Assembly: GCA_963704755.1 (NCBI GenBank)
Contig: OY969938.1
Span: 180,001-212,000, forward strand
Source of the DNA: an uncultured Chloroflexia bacterium
Lineage (GTDB): Bacteria; Chloroflexota; Anaerolineae; Anaerolineales; Anaerolineaceae
Reading direction: 5' to 3'
DNA: 32,000 bases
This document shows, piece by piece, positions 8,796 to 17,629 of this stretch. The notes beneath the pieces are model-generated. The model had not been told where the DNA came from and ran no database searches. It was given only the letters and a program-made list of their open reading frames with translations. The position numbers were made by a program, and so were the translations under genes. The stretch's first letter is position 1, and each line of letters starts with the position of its first letter.

Positions 8796-9659
8796 CTAAT
8801 TGTTTTTCGCTTCGTCCGGTTTTGCGGTGAAGAAGCTGGCAGCAATGACGCCTGGTCCGGCATGGACGAGTATGGCGGGGGGTAAATCGAAAATGCCAAC
8901 TTCTTCGATATTCATTTCCTGCTTTAATTCATCCGCCAGCGCCTGGGCTTCAACGGGGATACCGCCGTGCATTAAGGCCAGGAAGGATTCTTCACACTGA
9001 GGGCAATCGCCATGGACGATTTCTTTCAACCGTTGCACGGCTTTTTTCTTGGTGCGTTGATTCTCGACGGCTTCAGTATGGCCATCCACCAGGGTCAGGA
9101 TCGGTTTGACTTGCAGCAGGCTGCCCATCAGCATTTTGGCACCGCCGATCCGGCCACCTTTGAAGAGATATTCGAGGGTATCGACGATGAAATAAACCTT
9201 TTGGCGGCTGCACATCTCTTTGATATGCGCTTCCAATGCGTCAGGCTCCATGCCTTGTTTTACCCAGCGGTTAGCCTGATAGATGATCGAGGCCAGGCCA
9301 GAGCCAATCGTGCGCGAATCGATGATACGAATATCCATATCCGGGAAGTCCTGAGCAGCAATTTCGGCGCTGCGAAAAGTTCCCGAAAGCTCAGCAGATG
9401 GTGTGATGACGATGATTGTGTTATGGTCTTTGCCGTATTCTTCGAAAACCGGGTGATAAAGGACTGGTGGGGGCGCTGCAGTTTTAGGCAGGCTGGATGA
9501 TTCACGCAGGCGTTTGATGAAGGTTTTCGAATCCATTTCCGTATCGTCTCGATAGGTCTGATCGCCAAAAACGATAATCTGAGGAATATATGGGATCCCC
9601 ATAGCTTTCGCTTCCGGCACAGGGATACTGGAAGTGGTATCTGCCACAATGGTGACCAT
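8796..9659 (-). CDS. DegV-family fatty-acid-binding protein
   Basis: 287 aa. The N terminus MVTIVADTTSSIPVPEAKAMGIPYIPQIIVFGDQTYRDDTEMD and the segment IIVITPSAELSGTF are typical of DegV. AAAGGA SD lies 8 nt upstream. Confidence 0.85.
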   Translation of the reverse strand: MVTIVADTTSSIPVPEAKAMGIPYIPQIIVFGDQTYRDDTEMDSKTFIKRLRESSSLPKTAAPPPVLYHPVFEEYGKDHNTIIVITPSAELSGTFRSAEIAAQDFPDMDIRIIDSRTIGSGLASIIYQANRWVKQGMEPDALEAHIKEMCSRQKVYFIVDTLEYLFKGGRIGGAKMLMGSLLQVKPILTLVDGHTEAVENQRTKKKAVQRLKEIVHGDCPQCEESFLALMHGGIPVEAQALADELKQEMNIEEVGIFDLPPAILVHAGPGVIAASFFTAKPDEAKNN

Positions 9660-9870
9660 TTATTTTATCCTTTCATGGAAGGGAGAAGATCGAGTGATCA
9701 TTAAAGAAACATGAGGACTATATTATTATATCCTATGGTTCGCCAATTAATTGCGCAATCGGCTTAAAAGCACCGGGCGGTTGCAGCGGTCCATTTACCA
9801 GCGATTTCCAATTCAGGCAGGTTTGGAGGAGTTGTATGCGACCAACGGATAGATGCAATTGCCGCCCTGG

Positions 9871-10887
9871 TTAACCGGCTTCAGGAGAAAAGAGGGATTC
9901 GGCTGCCGGTAAATTGCCGGCTGGATGAGCAGCGCGGGCAGCGTTATTGATCGCCTGGGCGACCACCTGCGCAGCGAAAGCGCCGACGATGCTGGTGTCG
10001 GCTGACCGGCGATTGGTGCTCATACAGAAGAGGGTATCGCCATCCAGCATGGTGTGGGCCGGGCGAATCGCTTGCGCCAGGCCATTGTGGGCCATTTGGG
10101 CGACTTTATTGGCCTGTTCTTTGTTCAAGCGGGCGTTGGTGGCAACGACGCCAATGACGGTATTCTGTTGGGTGGCGAAATGCAGGATCGTACTGCCGAC
10201 CGCGGATTTCATTTGAGCCATCGTATCGGCCAGCGGGGCAGTATTATGGGTCAGGCCGGCCAGCAGGCGGGAACTGCGCGTCCCGGCCAAAATGGATCCT
10301 GTTTCGATATCCAGAATATCGCCAAAAGCATTGACAGCGATGATTGCGCCAATGACCACCCCGTTAGCGATGCGGATGCTGGACGTGCCGATACCGGATT
10401 TCATGGCCAGTTTCATCCCGAATAATTTACCCACCGTTGCACCGGCGCCGGCGCCGATATTGCCTTGCGCGACAGGTTGGTTGCTGGCATTCTGGCAGGC
10501 CTGGTAGCCCATGGCGAGGTCTGGCCTGACTTTCGGGTCACCAATACCCAGGTCGAAGAGAATCGCGGCTGGAACGATGGGAACACGCGCGACACCTACA
10601 TTGATGCCCTGGTTGTGTTCTTCGAGGTACTTGACCACCCCACTGGCCGCATCGAGCCCAAAGGCCGACCCACCGGAAAGTAAAACTGCATTAACGGTGT
10701 TGACCAGGTGCATCGGCCGGAGTAAGTCGGTTTCACGTGTACCTGGGGCGCCTCCACGCTGGTCAACCCCGCCGGTGGCCGGCTCATCGCAAAGAATGAC
10801 GGTACAACCGGTAAGGGCGGCTTCATTCTGCGCGTGCCCAACCCGAATGCCGGGTATATCGGTTATTGAACCTGGATAAAGTTTCAT
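9871..10887 (-). CDS. Peptidase family S58 (DmpA/P1 aminopeptidase-like)
   Basis: MKLYPGSITDIPGIRVGHAQNEAALTGCTVILCDEPATGGVDQRGGAPGTRETDLL is typical of DmpA-like proteins. I prefer the ATG at 10887 (AGGAAA upstream) over the track's extended start at 10959. Confidence 0.8.
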   Translation of the reverse strand: MKLYPGSITDIPGIRVGHAQNEAALTGCTVILCDEPATGGVDQRGGAPGTRETDLLRPMHLVNTVNAVLLSGGSAFGLDAASGVVKYLEEHNQGINVGVARVPIVPAAILFDLGIGDPKVRPDLAMGYQACQNASNQPVAQGNIGAGAGATVGKLFGMKLAMKSGIGTSSIRIANGVVIGAIIAVNAFGDILDIETGSILAGTRSSRLLAGLTHNTAPLADTMAQMKSAVGSTILHFATQQNTVIGVVATNARLNKEQANKVAQMAHNGLAQAIRPAHTMLDGDTLFCMSTNRRSADTSIVGAFAAQVVAQAINNAARAAHPAGNLPAAESLFSPEAG

Positions 10888-11319
10888 AATAAATTGATTT
10901 CCTGAAAAAGTTTGATATGATTGCTTTATAATTGCGCGAATTAATGGAAATTTACCCACGGCCCTTTATGTTCGGGAACTTATTGCATAAACCCGAAAAG
11001 TTACTTTGGCCTTTAGTAAAATTAAGAAAAAGCCGATTTATCGAATGGGGAAATCCCTCAATGGGGTGAACACACCACATCCCTTTGTGTGAATTAATTT
11101 TTCGCACGGTTTTCATCCCGGGGAAAGTAGTACCATTATAACAAGCAAGCTTTGAATTACCCGTAAGTCTGGTTAAAATGGCCTGGGAAGGATTGGCCTG
11201 GCCGATCGCTTTTTTAACAACGATACCAGGCACAGGTTTAAAGAGGAATAAGCATTCATTCTGATTAGTAAATAACTCTTTTCAGAATTGGGGTTTTCGC
11301 AGGTTTGAGGTAAGTTCTA

Positions 11320-12846
11320 ATGAATTTTTCGCCATTGGAGAAATTGAATATGAGTGAGACACAGCCAGAATCAGAAAAGCCTTCCACCGCACTGGTTATA
11401 TTTGGCGTAACGGGAGACCTGACCCGCAGGAAATTGATCCCGGCCCTCTACGAGCTTTTATTATCGGGCCGGTTACCTTATGATTTGCATATTATCGGTT
11501 TCGCCCGCCGCGATTGGACCGACGATTACCTGCGGAATATTTTGTGTGGCGGGATCGAAGAGTATGCCCGTACCCAGCCGGTCCAACCTGAATTTGCGGA
11601 TCGATTACTGGAGAGATCTTTTTACAATCAATCGACGTTCGAAGACCTGGAAGGTTACCGGAAATTAGGCGCATTGATCGATAAACTGAAGGTCAAGAAT
11701 GTGTTGTTTTACCTGGCTACGCCCCCGGAAGAGTATTCGATCATCGTCGAAAAAATTGGCGCTGCCGGAATAAACAAACGGGAAGACGGCTGGACGCGGA
11801 TCGTGATCGAAAAACCGTATGGGCAGGATATCGAATCGGCCAACAGGTTGGAAGAAGCAGTTCATCGAGTTTTTTCCGAAAAGCAAATTTACCGCATCGA
11901 TCATTACCTGGGTAAAGAGACCGTCCAAAATATCCTTGTTTTCCGCTTTGCCAATGCGATTTTCGAGCCGCTGTGGGACCGGCGTTATGTAGACAACGTT
12001 CAAATCAACGTGGCCGAAACGGTCGGTCTGGGCACCCGCGCCGGTTATTACGATAAAGCCGGCGTCATTCGGGATATGTTTTCGAACCATCTGTTGCAAC
12101 TGGTCTCGCTGACCGCGATGGAAGCACCGGTAGGCTTCAACGCGGATGCCGTCCGTGACGAAAAGGTGAAGGTGCTGCGGGCGTTACGACCGCTGCGCGG
12201 CAAAGACGCGGTGTTCAATACCTACCGGGCCCAATACGTATCCGGCAGCTCAGATGGCAAGCGGGTACCGGGCTATAAGGATGAACAAGGTGTTCCTGCC
12301 GATTTGGTCACCGAAACATTGATGGCTGCCAGGTTGTTTATCGATAACTGGCGTTGGTCCGGGGTGCCCTTCTATGTGCGTTCCGGAAAACGGATGCCCG
12401 AGCGCCTGACAGAAATTGTGATCCGCTTTAAACAGGCACCGCTGTCGCTGTTCGATTGGCAGAATCTGGCCGGCAATGCACCCAATACGCTGGTGTTGAG
12501 CTTGCAACCCAACGAGGGCATCACGCTCGAGTTTGGGGCGAAAGTGCCCGGACCGGTTAACCAAATTGCGCCGGTCAAAATGGACTTCAACTATTTAACC
12601 GCCTTCGGCGGGGATCCACCCTCGGCGTATGAACGGCTCTTGATGGATTGCCTCCTGGGGGACGCAACCCTGTTTACCCGGTCCGACGAAGTCCAGGCTC
12701 AATGGGGCTTCACAACAGACATCATCCATGCCTGGGAAGAATTGCGGGTCAAGAACCTGCCGGTGTACGAAGCGGGTACCTGGGGTCCGCCCGGCCTGGA
12801 CGAGTTCATCGATGGGGATGGTAAGTACTGGCGGAATCCCCTATAG
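11320..12846 (+). CDS. zwf: Glucose-6-phosphate 1-dehydrogenase
   Basis: Motifs [14 protein letters not shown] (NADP fold), EKPYGQD and the active-site RIDHYLGKE. An alternative start is the ATG at 11350; both have GGAG-type SDs. Confidence 0.95.
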   Translation: MNFSPLEKLNMSETQPESEKPSTALVIFGVTGDLTRRKLIPALYELLLSGRLPYDLHIIGFARRDWTDDYLRNILCGGIEEYARTQPVQPEFADRLLERSFYNQSTFEDLEGYRKLGALIDKLKVKNVLFYLATPPEEYSIIVEKIGAAGINKREDGWTRIVIEKPYGQDIESANRLEEAVHRVFSEKQIYRIDHYLGKETVQNILVFRFANAIFEPLWDRRYVDNVQINVAETVGLGTRAGYYDKAGVIRDMFSNHLLQLVSLTAMEAPVGFNADAVRDEKVKVLRALRPLRGKDAVFNTYRAQYVSGSSDGKRVPGYKDEQGVPADLVTETLMAARLFIDNWRWSGVPFYVRSGKRMPERLTEIVIRFKQAPLSLFDWQNLAGNAPNTLVLSLQPNEGITLEFGAKVPGPVNQIAPVKMDFNYLTAFGGDPPSAYERLLMDCLLGDATLFTRSDEVQAQWGFTTDIIHAWEELRVKNLPVYEAGTWGPPGLDEFIDGDGKYWRNPL

Positions 12847-12860
12847 AGCGGGCATTGATT

Positions 12861-12915
12861 TGAGAATTAAAAATAGAGTTGAGCGTCAAGCGCTCAACTC
12901 TATTTTTAATTCTCA
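12861..12915. terminator. Bidirectional intrinsic terminator between convergent zwf and the zinc-ribbon gene; perfect 25-bp inverted repeat
   Basis: tgagaattaaaaatagagttgagcg-tcaag-cgctcaactctatttttaattctca, with an A-tract on the 5' side and a T-tract on the 3' side. Confidence 0.8.
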
Positions 12916-12994
12916 AAGGCTATATGCTTATGGAGGGTGTTTTCTTGGAGCAGCCGAAAAATGCCGGTGTGTTTTACGTAAGCTGGTGACGGGA

Positions 12995-13585
12995 CTATCC
13001 CGGCAGTGCTGCGCCACAATTGGGGCATAGCTTATCACCAGCGCGGACCACATAACCGCATTTCCCGCAGGTCATGGGCTGGACGTCGCCCAGGGGTGCT
13101 CCGCAGGCGATACAATGAGATTCGCCAACCGGGTTAGGCGTGTTGCAATAGTCGCAGACCAGCCTGCGCAGCCGGTCGCTGAGCTCGTGGCTGGCGCCTA
13201 ACGCGTGTACACTTTGCTCGATCACCCCCCAAACTTCATCGGTTAAACGGATCGATTCGATATCCTGGGCCAGGTCGTCGATACGATTAAGCAAATTGAG
13301 CGGGTTGATCAGGGCTGCCAGAGCCGTCTGTCCCAGGCTGGCAGCGACGCCTAACCAGGCCTGCTGGCCTACCTGGACGACCACGCCATCCTCAATGGCC
13401 TGGACGGTAATGCTCAACGCAGTTTGGCCGCCAGACTGGGCAAACGAATTGCTGGCGATCTGGACGGAGATCTTGTCGTTGTTGCCAATTTGCTGGACGC
13501 GTAAATTGCCTCGGTTGAACTGTGAGATCAAATTACGGCTGATGTCGACAGGTTTAATGTTTCCGTGATAAATTCTTTGGTCCAT
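12995..13585 (-). CDS. Hypothetical protein: unknown ~140-aa N-terminal domain plus C-terminal double zinc ribbon
   Basis: 196 aa. The C terminus has two CxxC...CxxC ribbons: CDYCNTPNPVGESHCIACGAPL and CGKCGYVVRAGDKLCPNCGAAL. I recognise no family for the N-terminal part. Confidence 0.7.
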   Translation of the reverse strand: MDQRIYHGNIKPVDISRNLISQFNRGNLRVQQIGNNDKISVQIASNSFAQSGGQTALSITVQAIEDGVVVQVGQQAWLGVAASLGQTALAALINPLNLLNRIDDLAQDIESIRLTDEVWGVIEQSVHALGASHELSDRLRRLVCDYCNTPNPVGESHCIACGAPLGDVQPMTCGKCGYVVRAGDKLCPNCGAALPG

Positions 13586-13636
13586 AGTTGGGTTATAATC
13601 TGGGATAAATCAATTCAGGTTAGTTTTGGAGAGGTA

Positions 13637-14263
13637 ATGCGCCAAAAAAAAGCCGTATTTCTGGGGCTGTTTTTTATTATAACGATTTTTTCCTTGGTAG
13701 GGTTTCTTACCCGGACCAATTATGATGTTTTTGCTCAAATTCCTACCGGCTCGATCCCTACAGTCACCGGTACGCCCAGCGGACCGGTGATTACGGTCAA
13801 ATCAGGTATCGGTGAGCCTTCGATCAACGTCCGCTCCGGGCCGAGCGTACTGTATGATCAGGTAGGTGTCCTGCTGGAAGGGCAGTCAGCACCCGCCAAG
13901 GGGCGTTCACCAGGGGGCGAATGGATCTTGATCGAATACGCCGGCGCTCCCGGCGGCACGGGCTGGGTCTATGGAGCGAATGTGAATATCACCCCGGGCA
14001 CACTACCGATTGTAGAACCGCCTCCGACAGTCACACCGGAGGTCACCCAGACGATCGACCCGACCCTGGCAGCCCAGTTCATCGTAACGGCAGCGCCAAC
14101 CCGCCTGCCGACCTTCACTCAACCGGCGCCGCTGTCCATCCCGACCTATCAAACCGGGACAGAGTCGGCCACAGCGAGTGGAGTGCCTATGGGCCTGGTT
14201 ATCCTGGTGTTACTGACGGTCGGTATCCTGTTTGGTATTTTCTCGCTGGTTCAGAAGCGCTGA
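13637..14263 (+). CDS. Membrane/secreted SH3b-domain protein with Pro/Thr-rich linker and C-terminal TM anchor
   Basis: ATG at 13637 lies 3 nt after GGAGAGG. N-terminal hydrophobic segment: AVFLGLFFIITIFSLVGF. SH3_3-like segment: INVRSGPSVLYDQVGVLLEG...GEWILIEY...GWVYGANV. C-terminal TM GLVILVLLTVGILFGIFSLV followed by QKR. Confidence 0.7.
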   Translation: MRQKKAVFLGLFFIITIFSLVGFLTRTNYDVFAQIPTGSIPTVTGTPSGPVITVKSGIGEPSINVRSGPSVLYDQVGVLLEGQSAPAKGRSPGGEWILIEYAGAPGGTGWVYGANVNITPGTLPIVEPPPTVTPEVTQTIDPTLAAQFIVTAAPTRLPTFTQPAPLSIPTYQTGTESATASGVPMGLVILVLLTVGILFGIFSLVQKR

Positions 14264-14934
14264 ACTGATTTCGAATTGCGCATAAAGGCGGCCAGTTTAT
14301 GCAGGCAGTCCGCGCTCATGCGGTGGCCGGTATTGCTTTCACAATATTGCACCTGGGCGCCGTAACTCTCCAGTAACCGCACCGTATCATGTGCCATGGC
14401 AACCGGCACCGTATCGTCGGCGGTGCCGTGGGCGATGAAAAACCGGATGTCTTCCAGCCCGGCCGGAAGCGGGTAGTCTTCCGCCAGGGCGGGTGTAAAG
14501 CCGGCCATAGCGATTACCTTGTCCAATTCCTGCGGGTAGGTCATGGCGTAGGCCAGGCAAAACGCGGCCCCCTGGCTGAAGCCGGCCAGGGTCAGCGGGG
14601 TGCGGGGCAGGTTATATTGAACGGCCCAGCGGTCGATGGCCTGGTGGAGCGCCTCGACAGATTCGCTAAAGTCCTCCCGGGTGGACCGGGTGCCATTATG
14701 ACTGTTCGTCCAGCTATATCCGCTTGTATTGGCTTTCAGTCGGCCGCGAGGTGAAAAAATTGTGTAGTCCGCGGGAACGTCGCGTTGGAATACGTTCATC
14801 GAATTTTCGTCCCCGGTCCAGCCATGCAGCATGACCATCATGCGAGCCGGGACCGAATTGGCCGTAGAGACTCTGACGATCCAACCCTGGTCCAGTATCG
14901 TGTTTGCGTTATTGCGATCGATTGTGTTTGACAA
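14251..14934 (-). CDS. Alpha/beta hydrolase, phospholipase/carboxylesterase family
   Basis: 227 aa. Motifs MVMLHGWTGDE, the nucleophile elbow LAGFSQGAA (GxSxG) and the C-terminal FIAHGTADDTVP...GH, which gives the Ser-Asp-His order. TTG start at 14934. The 3' end overlaps the convergent SH3b gene by 13 nt. Confidence 0.8.
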   Translation of the reverse strand: MSNTIDRNNANTILDQGWIVRVSTANSVPARMMVMLHGWTGDENSMNVFQRDVPADYTIFSPRGRLKANTSGYSWTNSHNGTRSTREDFSESVEALHQAIDRWAVQYNLPRTPLTLAGFSQGAAFCLAYAMTYPQELDKVIAMAGFTPALAEDYPLPAGLEDIRFFIAHGTADDTVPVAMAHDTVRLLESYGAQVQYCESNTGHRMSADCLHKLAAFMRNSKSVQRF

Positions 14935-15136
14935 TTGCTTCTAATCCCCAAAATATCAATAAAATGACCAGAACCGGCGCCAATCCACCGGCCAGGCATA
15001 ACAAACCCAGCGCAAAAGCGCCGGTTCCGTAAAAGTACAAGATCAATCCGCCGCCGACCAGAAAAAGCAGTAATATTGCGCCGATGATCAGGCGAGAATT
15101 GGTCTGTCGCGAATATTTTCTCAAGTCGTTGGACAT
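14909..15136 (-). CDS. Small two-TM membrane protein (about 75 aa), hypothetical
   Basis: MSNDLRKYSRQTNSRLIIGAILLLFLVGGGLILYFYGTGAFALGLLCLAGGLAPVLVILLIFWGLEAIV. Two clear hydrophobic helices. Its 3' end overlaps the start of the hydrolase gene by 26 nt. No obvious SD. Confidence 0.5.
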   Translation of the reverse strand: MSNDLRKYSRQTNSRLIIGAILLLFLVGGGLILYFYGTGAFALGLLCLAGGLAPVLVILLIFWGLEAIVKHNRSQ

Positions 15137-15272
15137 GGATGGTCTCAATAAACCGTTATATTGGAATTATACCGGCCTGGAGAAGGTGCTCATGAATTTG
15201 AAGTATCTGTCAGGTCTTTGGATTGGCAAACACTTCATTTCCGATCTTTTCCCTATCGCAAGGCTGTTAGAG

Positions 15273-16196
15273 TCAGGTGTCATTTTGGGCAGTCAACAGT
15301 CGCCCGGGCGGGTTAGCCGTTCTTCGTTGGCGCGAAAGTCGGTTGTACCAGCTAACGGAATTGCGGATCTGGGCCAGGTTTTTAGTCACTGCCGCACTGC
15401 CGGCGTCGATCAATTCCTGGGGAATAACGTGATCCAAAACGCCAATTTGGGCAATATCCGGGCGCAGGATGATTTCTGGCTTTTCCAACTGCATGCGCAG
15501 TTCACCCGTCGTGCGCATGGTGATGTCGGAGGCTTTGATATATATTCTCATCGCCTGGCTAACTCGTAGCCGCTCGAACCTTTCCCGGATGGGTTGGGGA
15601 ATGGGCAGCTCGATCGGTGCACGCAGTTCTGGTAACATGGCCCATTCTTCTGGCACCGGATGCAGGCAGACGGCAACGACTGGTTGGTGCGGGTTCAACC
15701 AGCGGGCCACGGCAACCGGGACCGGATCGACGACACCACCATCGACCAACTCAAAGCCGTCCATCATTCTGGGCGGGAATATGCCCGGGATAGCCACGGT
15801 AGCAAGAATGGCGTCGCTGAGTTTTCCGTTATTAATGATGATTTCCTGGTTGGTGTTTAAATCCACACTGGTGACCGCAAAGGGTATCTTCAGATCGCCG
15901 AAGGATTTGTCGCCCAGAAAATATTTGAGCAAATCGATCAGTCCGGATAGTCCCATCAGGGAGGGCGGGTCATTGACTTTGCGAGAGAAGAATTTTCTGT
16001 CGTCCACGGTCTTCAATTTGACCTTGAGGTCTTCCAGGTCGATTCCTGCTGCAAAAAGTGCGCCAAATATTCCGCCGGCGCTTGTACCGGCGATGGCTGA
16101 TATCGAAAAACCACGCTTCAGAAGCTCTTCGTATACACCCATATGGGCAACACCTCTCACTCCACCCCCACCCAGGGCAAGATTGATTTGTGCCAT
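15273..16196 (-). CDS. Patatin-like phospholipase (RssA/NTE-like)
   Basis: Motifs LALGGGGVRGVAHMG (oxyanion Gly-rich loop), GTSAGG (GxSxG) and VDGGVVDPVPV (catalytic DGG). ATG at 16196 is preceded by GAGGTGG. The track's 16235 start is a less likely extension. Confidence 0.9.
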   Translation of the reverse strand: MAQINLALGGGGVRGVAHMGVYEELLKRGFSISAIAGTSAGGIFGALFAAGIDLEDLKVKLKTVDDRKFFSRKVNDPPSLMGLSGLIDLLKYFLGDKSFGDLKIPFAVTSVDLNTNQEIIINNGKLSDAILATVAIPGIFPPRMMDGFELVDGGVVDPVPVAVARWLNPHQPVVAVCLHPVPEEWAMLPELRAPIELPIPQPIRERFERLRVSQAMRIYIKASDITMRTTGELRMQLEKPEIILRPDIAQIGVLDHVIPQELIDAGSAAVTKNLAQIRNSVSWYNRLSRQRRTANPPGRLLTAQNDT

Positions 16197-16436
16197 GATG
16201 CATCCACCTCTTTTAGTTTCTTTGATAACGTACAACCCGTGGTTGTGCGTAATTTTTGGTTATGTTTATATACGGAAAAGTATACCAGAAAGGTTCAGCG
16301 GGAATTTGTGGGAATATGCGCCCGGTTTGTTTTCGCAGCCGGGGGGAGCGTTGGCGATGGATGTAAACAATATCGGCCTGGCCAGAAAGGCACTTAACCA
16401 TACTCCTTAAGAACCAGTTATGTTAAAATCCTTAGC

Positions 16437-16883
16437 ATGGTCGATAAAGTCGTCGCAACCAATCGCAAGGCAAAATTTGAATTCTTTCTGCTGGAACATT
16501 TCGAAGCCGGTCTATCTTTGCAGGGCAGTGAAATCAAATCTATCCGTGCCGGGCAGATCAGCCTGGCCGAGGCATTTGTACAAACGGATGGTAAAGATGC
16601 CTGGCTGATGAATGCCCACATCGCCCCATACGAACAGGCTAATCGTTTCAACCATGACCCAAAACGGCCCCGGCGGTTATTGCTCCACAAACGGGAAATC
16701 CGCGAGCTTTGGGATGCTGTCCGCCAAAAGGGGATGACGATCGTACCGGTAAGGGTTTATATCAAGGATGGCCGGGCGAAGCTGGATATTGCCCTGGCCA
16801 AAGGGAAAAAACTGTACGACAAGCGCCACGAGATTGCCAAGCGCGATCAAGAGCGGGAATTTGCGCGCGGAGAACACGATTGA
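16437..16883 (+). CDS. smpB: SsrA-binding protein SmpB
   Basis: 148 aa. NRKAKFEFFLLEHFEAGLSLQGSEIKSIRAGQISLAEAFV...RPRRLLLHKREI is a classic SmpB sequence. Confidence 0.95.
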   Translation: MVDKVVATNRKAKFEFFLLEHFEAGLSLQGSEIKSIRAGQISLAEAFVQTDGKDAWLMNAHIAPYEQANRFNHDPKRPRRLLLHKREIRELWDAVRQKGMTIVPVRVYIKDGRAKLDIALAKGKKLYDKRHEIAKRDQEREFARGEHD

Positions 16884-16910
16884 ATTTAATATTGGTTTCA
16901 AGGAAACTAA

Positions 16911-17618
16911 ATGCTTGGAAATAACCTTGTTGCACTGATTGTTACCCTGGCATTGGCTTTAGCCTGGCTGCGACTGAACGATTGGCTGGCCCACCGCGGA
17001 CTGATTAGCTCGCAGTTGAGTCGCAAGATTATTCACACCGGCACGGGCCCAATTTTTGTCCTGTGCTGGTTGTTGTTTAAGAATGATACGGCCGCTCGGT
17101 TTATCGCGGCCATCATTCCCCTGGGCATCACCCTCCAATTTGTGGCCGTTGGAGTGGGCTGGGTCAAAGACCAGGCCTCTGTCGATGCGATGTCGCGTAC
17201 CGGGAACCGAGGCGAGATTTTGAAAGGCCCATTATATTATGGGATCGCGTTTGTCGTTCTTACCATCGCTTTCTGGTATGATACGCCGATTGGAATCATC
17301 GCACTGATGGTGCTGTGTGGTGGGGATGGCCTGGCAGATATCATCGGCAAGCGATGGACCACCCACAAGCTACCCTGGTCAAAGGAAAAGACCTGGGGAG
17401 GAAGCACTGCCATGTTCCTGGGCGGCTGGATATTATCGGTGCTGGTCATTTGGGCCTTCATTCTGGCCGGAAAATTTAGTGGAAGCCTGTCTGGCTACCT
17501 GCTCCCCATAACTGTGATTGCCGGGATTGGGGCAATCGTGGAATCGGTGCCGGCGAAAGATATCGATAATATCACCGTGACGGCCGCATCCGTGTTGTTG
17601 GGCTTTTTCTTTTTCTAA
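16911..17618 (+). CDS. VTE5-like phytol/polyprenol kinase (CTP-dependent, CTP_transf_1 superfamily) integral membrane protein
   Basis: 235 aa and polytopic. Motifs LSRKIIHTGTGPIFVLCW, GPLYYGIAFV, LCGGDGLADIIGKRW..KLPW...KTWGGSTAMF and VESVP...DNITV parallel those of plant and cyanobacterial phytol kinases. Confidence 0.65.
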   Translation: MLGNNLVALIVTLALALAWLRLNDWLAHRGLISSQLSRKIIHTGTGPIFVLCWLLFKNDTAARFIAAIIPLGITLQFVAVGVGWVKDQASVDAMSRTGNRGEILKGPLYYGIAFVVLTIAFWYDTPIGIIALMVLCGGDGLADIIGKRWTTHKLPWSKEKTWGGSTAMFLGGWILSVLVIWAFILAGKFSGSLSGYLLPITVIAGIGAIVESVPAKDIDNITVTAASVLLGFFFF

Positions 17619-17629
17619 GAGAGGCGTAA

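Noticed and set aside
9836-9874. 12-codon ORF MRPTDRCNCRPG with GGAGG 6 nt upstream, in the DegV/peptidase spacer
   Set aside because: It is on the strand opposite to both flanking genes, overlaps the peptidase stop codon, and is too short to evaluate. Probably a chance SD-ATG combination.
10952-11233. 93-aa minus-strand ORF in the peptidase/zwf spacer
   Set aside because: No recognisable motifs and no SD. The composition is atypical for the window's genes. It overlaps the less likely extended start of the peptidase gene. I treat it as non-coding divergent promoter region, without certainty.
15273-16196. Patatin-like phospholipase as a CBASS-type (CapV-like) defence effector
   Set aside because: There is no CD-NTase/cyclase, SAVED or other signalling partner nearby. 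The sequence looks like the common RssA/NTE-type housekeeping patatin, and the neighbours are a carboxylesterase and a miniprotein.
16236-16436. Possible tmRNA (ssrA) next to smpB
   Set aside because: The spacer is only about 200 nt. It lacks a GGGG...-type 5' acceptor start, a T-loop-like GGTTCGA element and a 3' CCA-proximal acceptor arm. The downstream side of smpB is immediately coding. I saw no tRNA-like T-arm in any intergenic spacer of the window.
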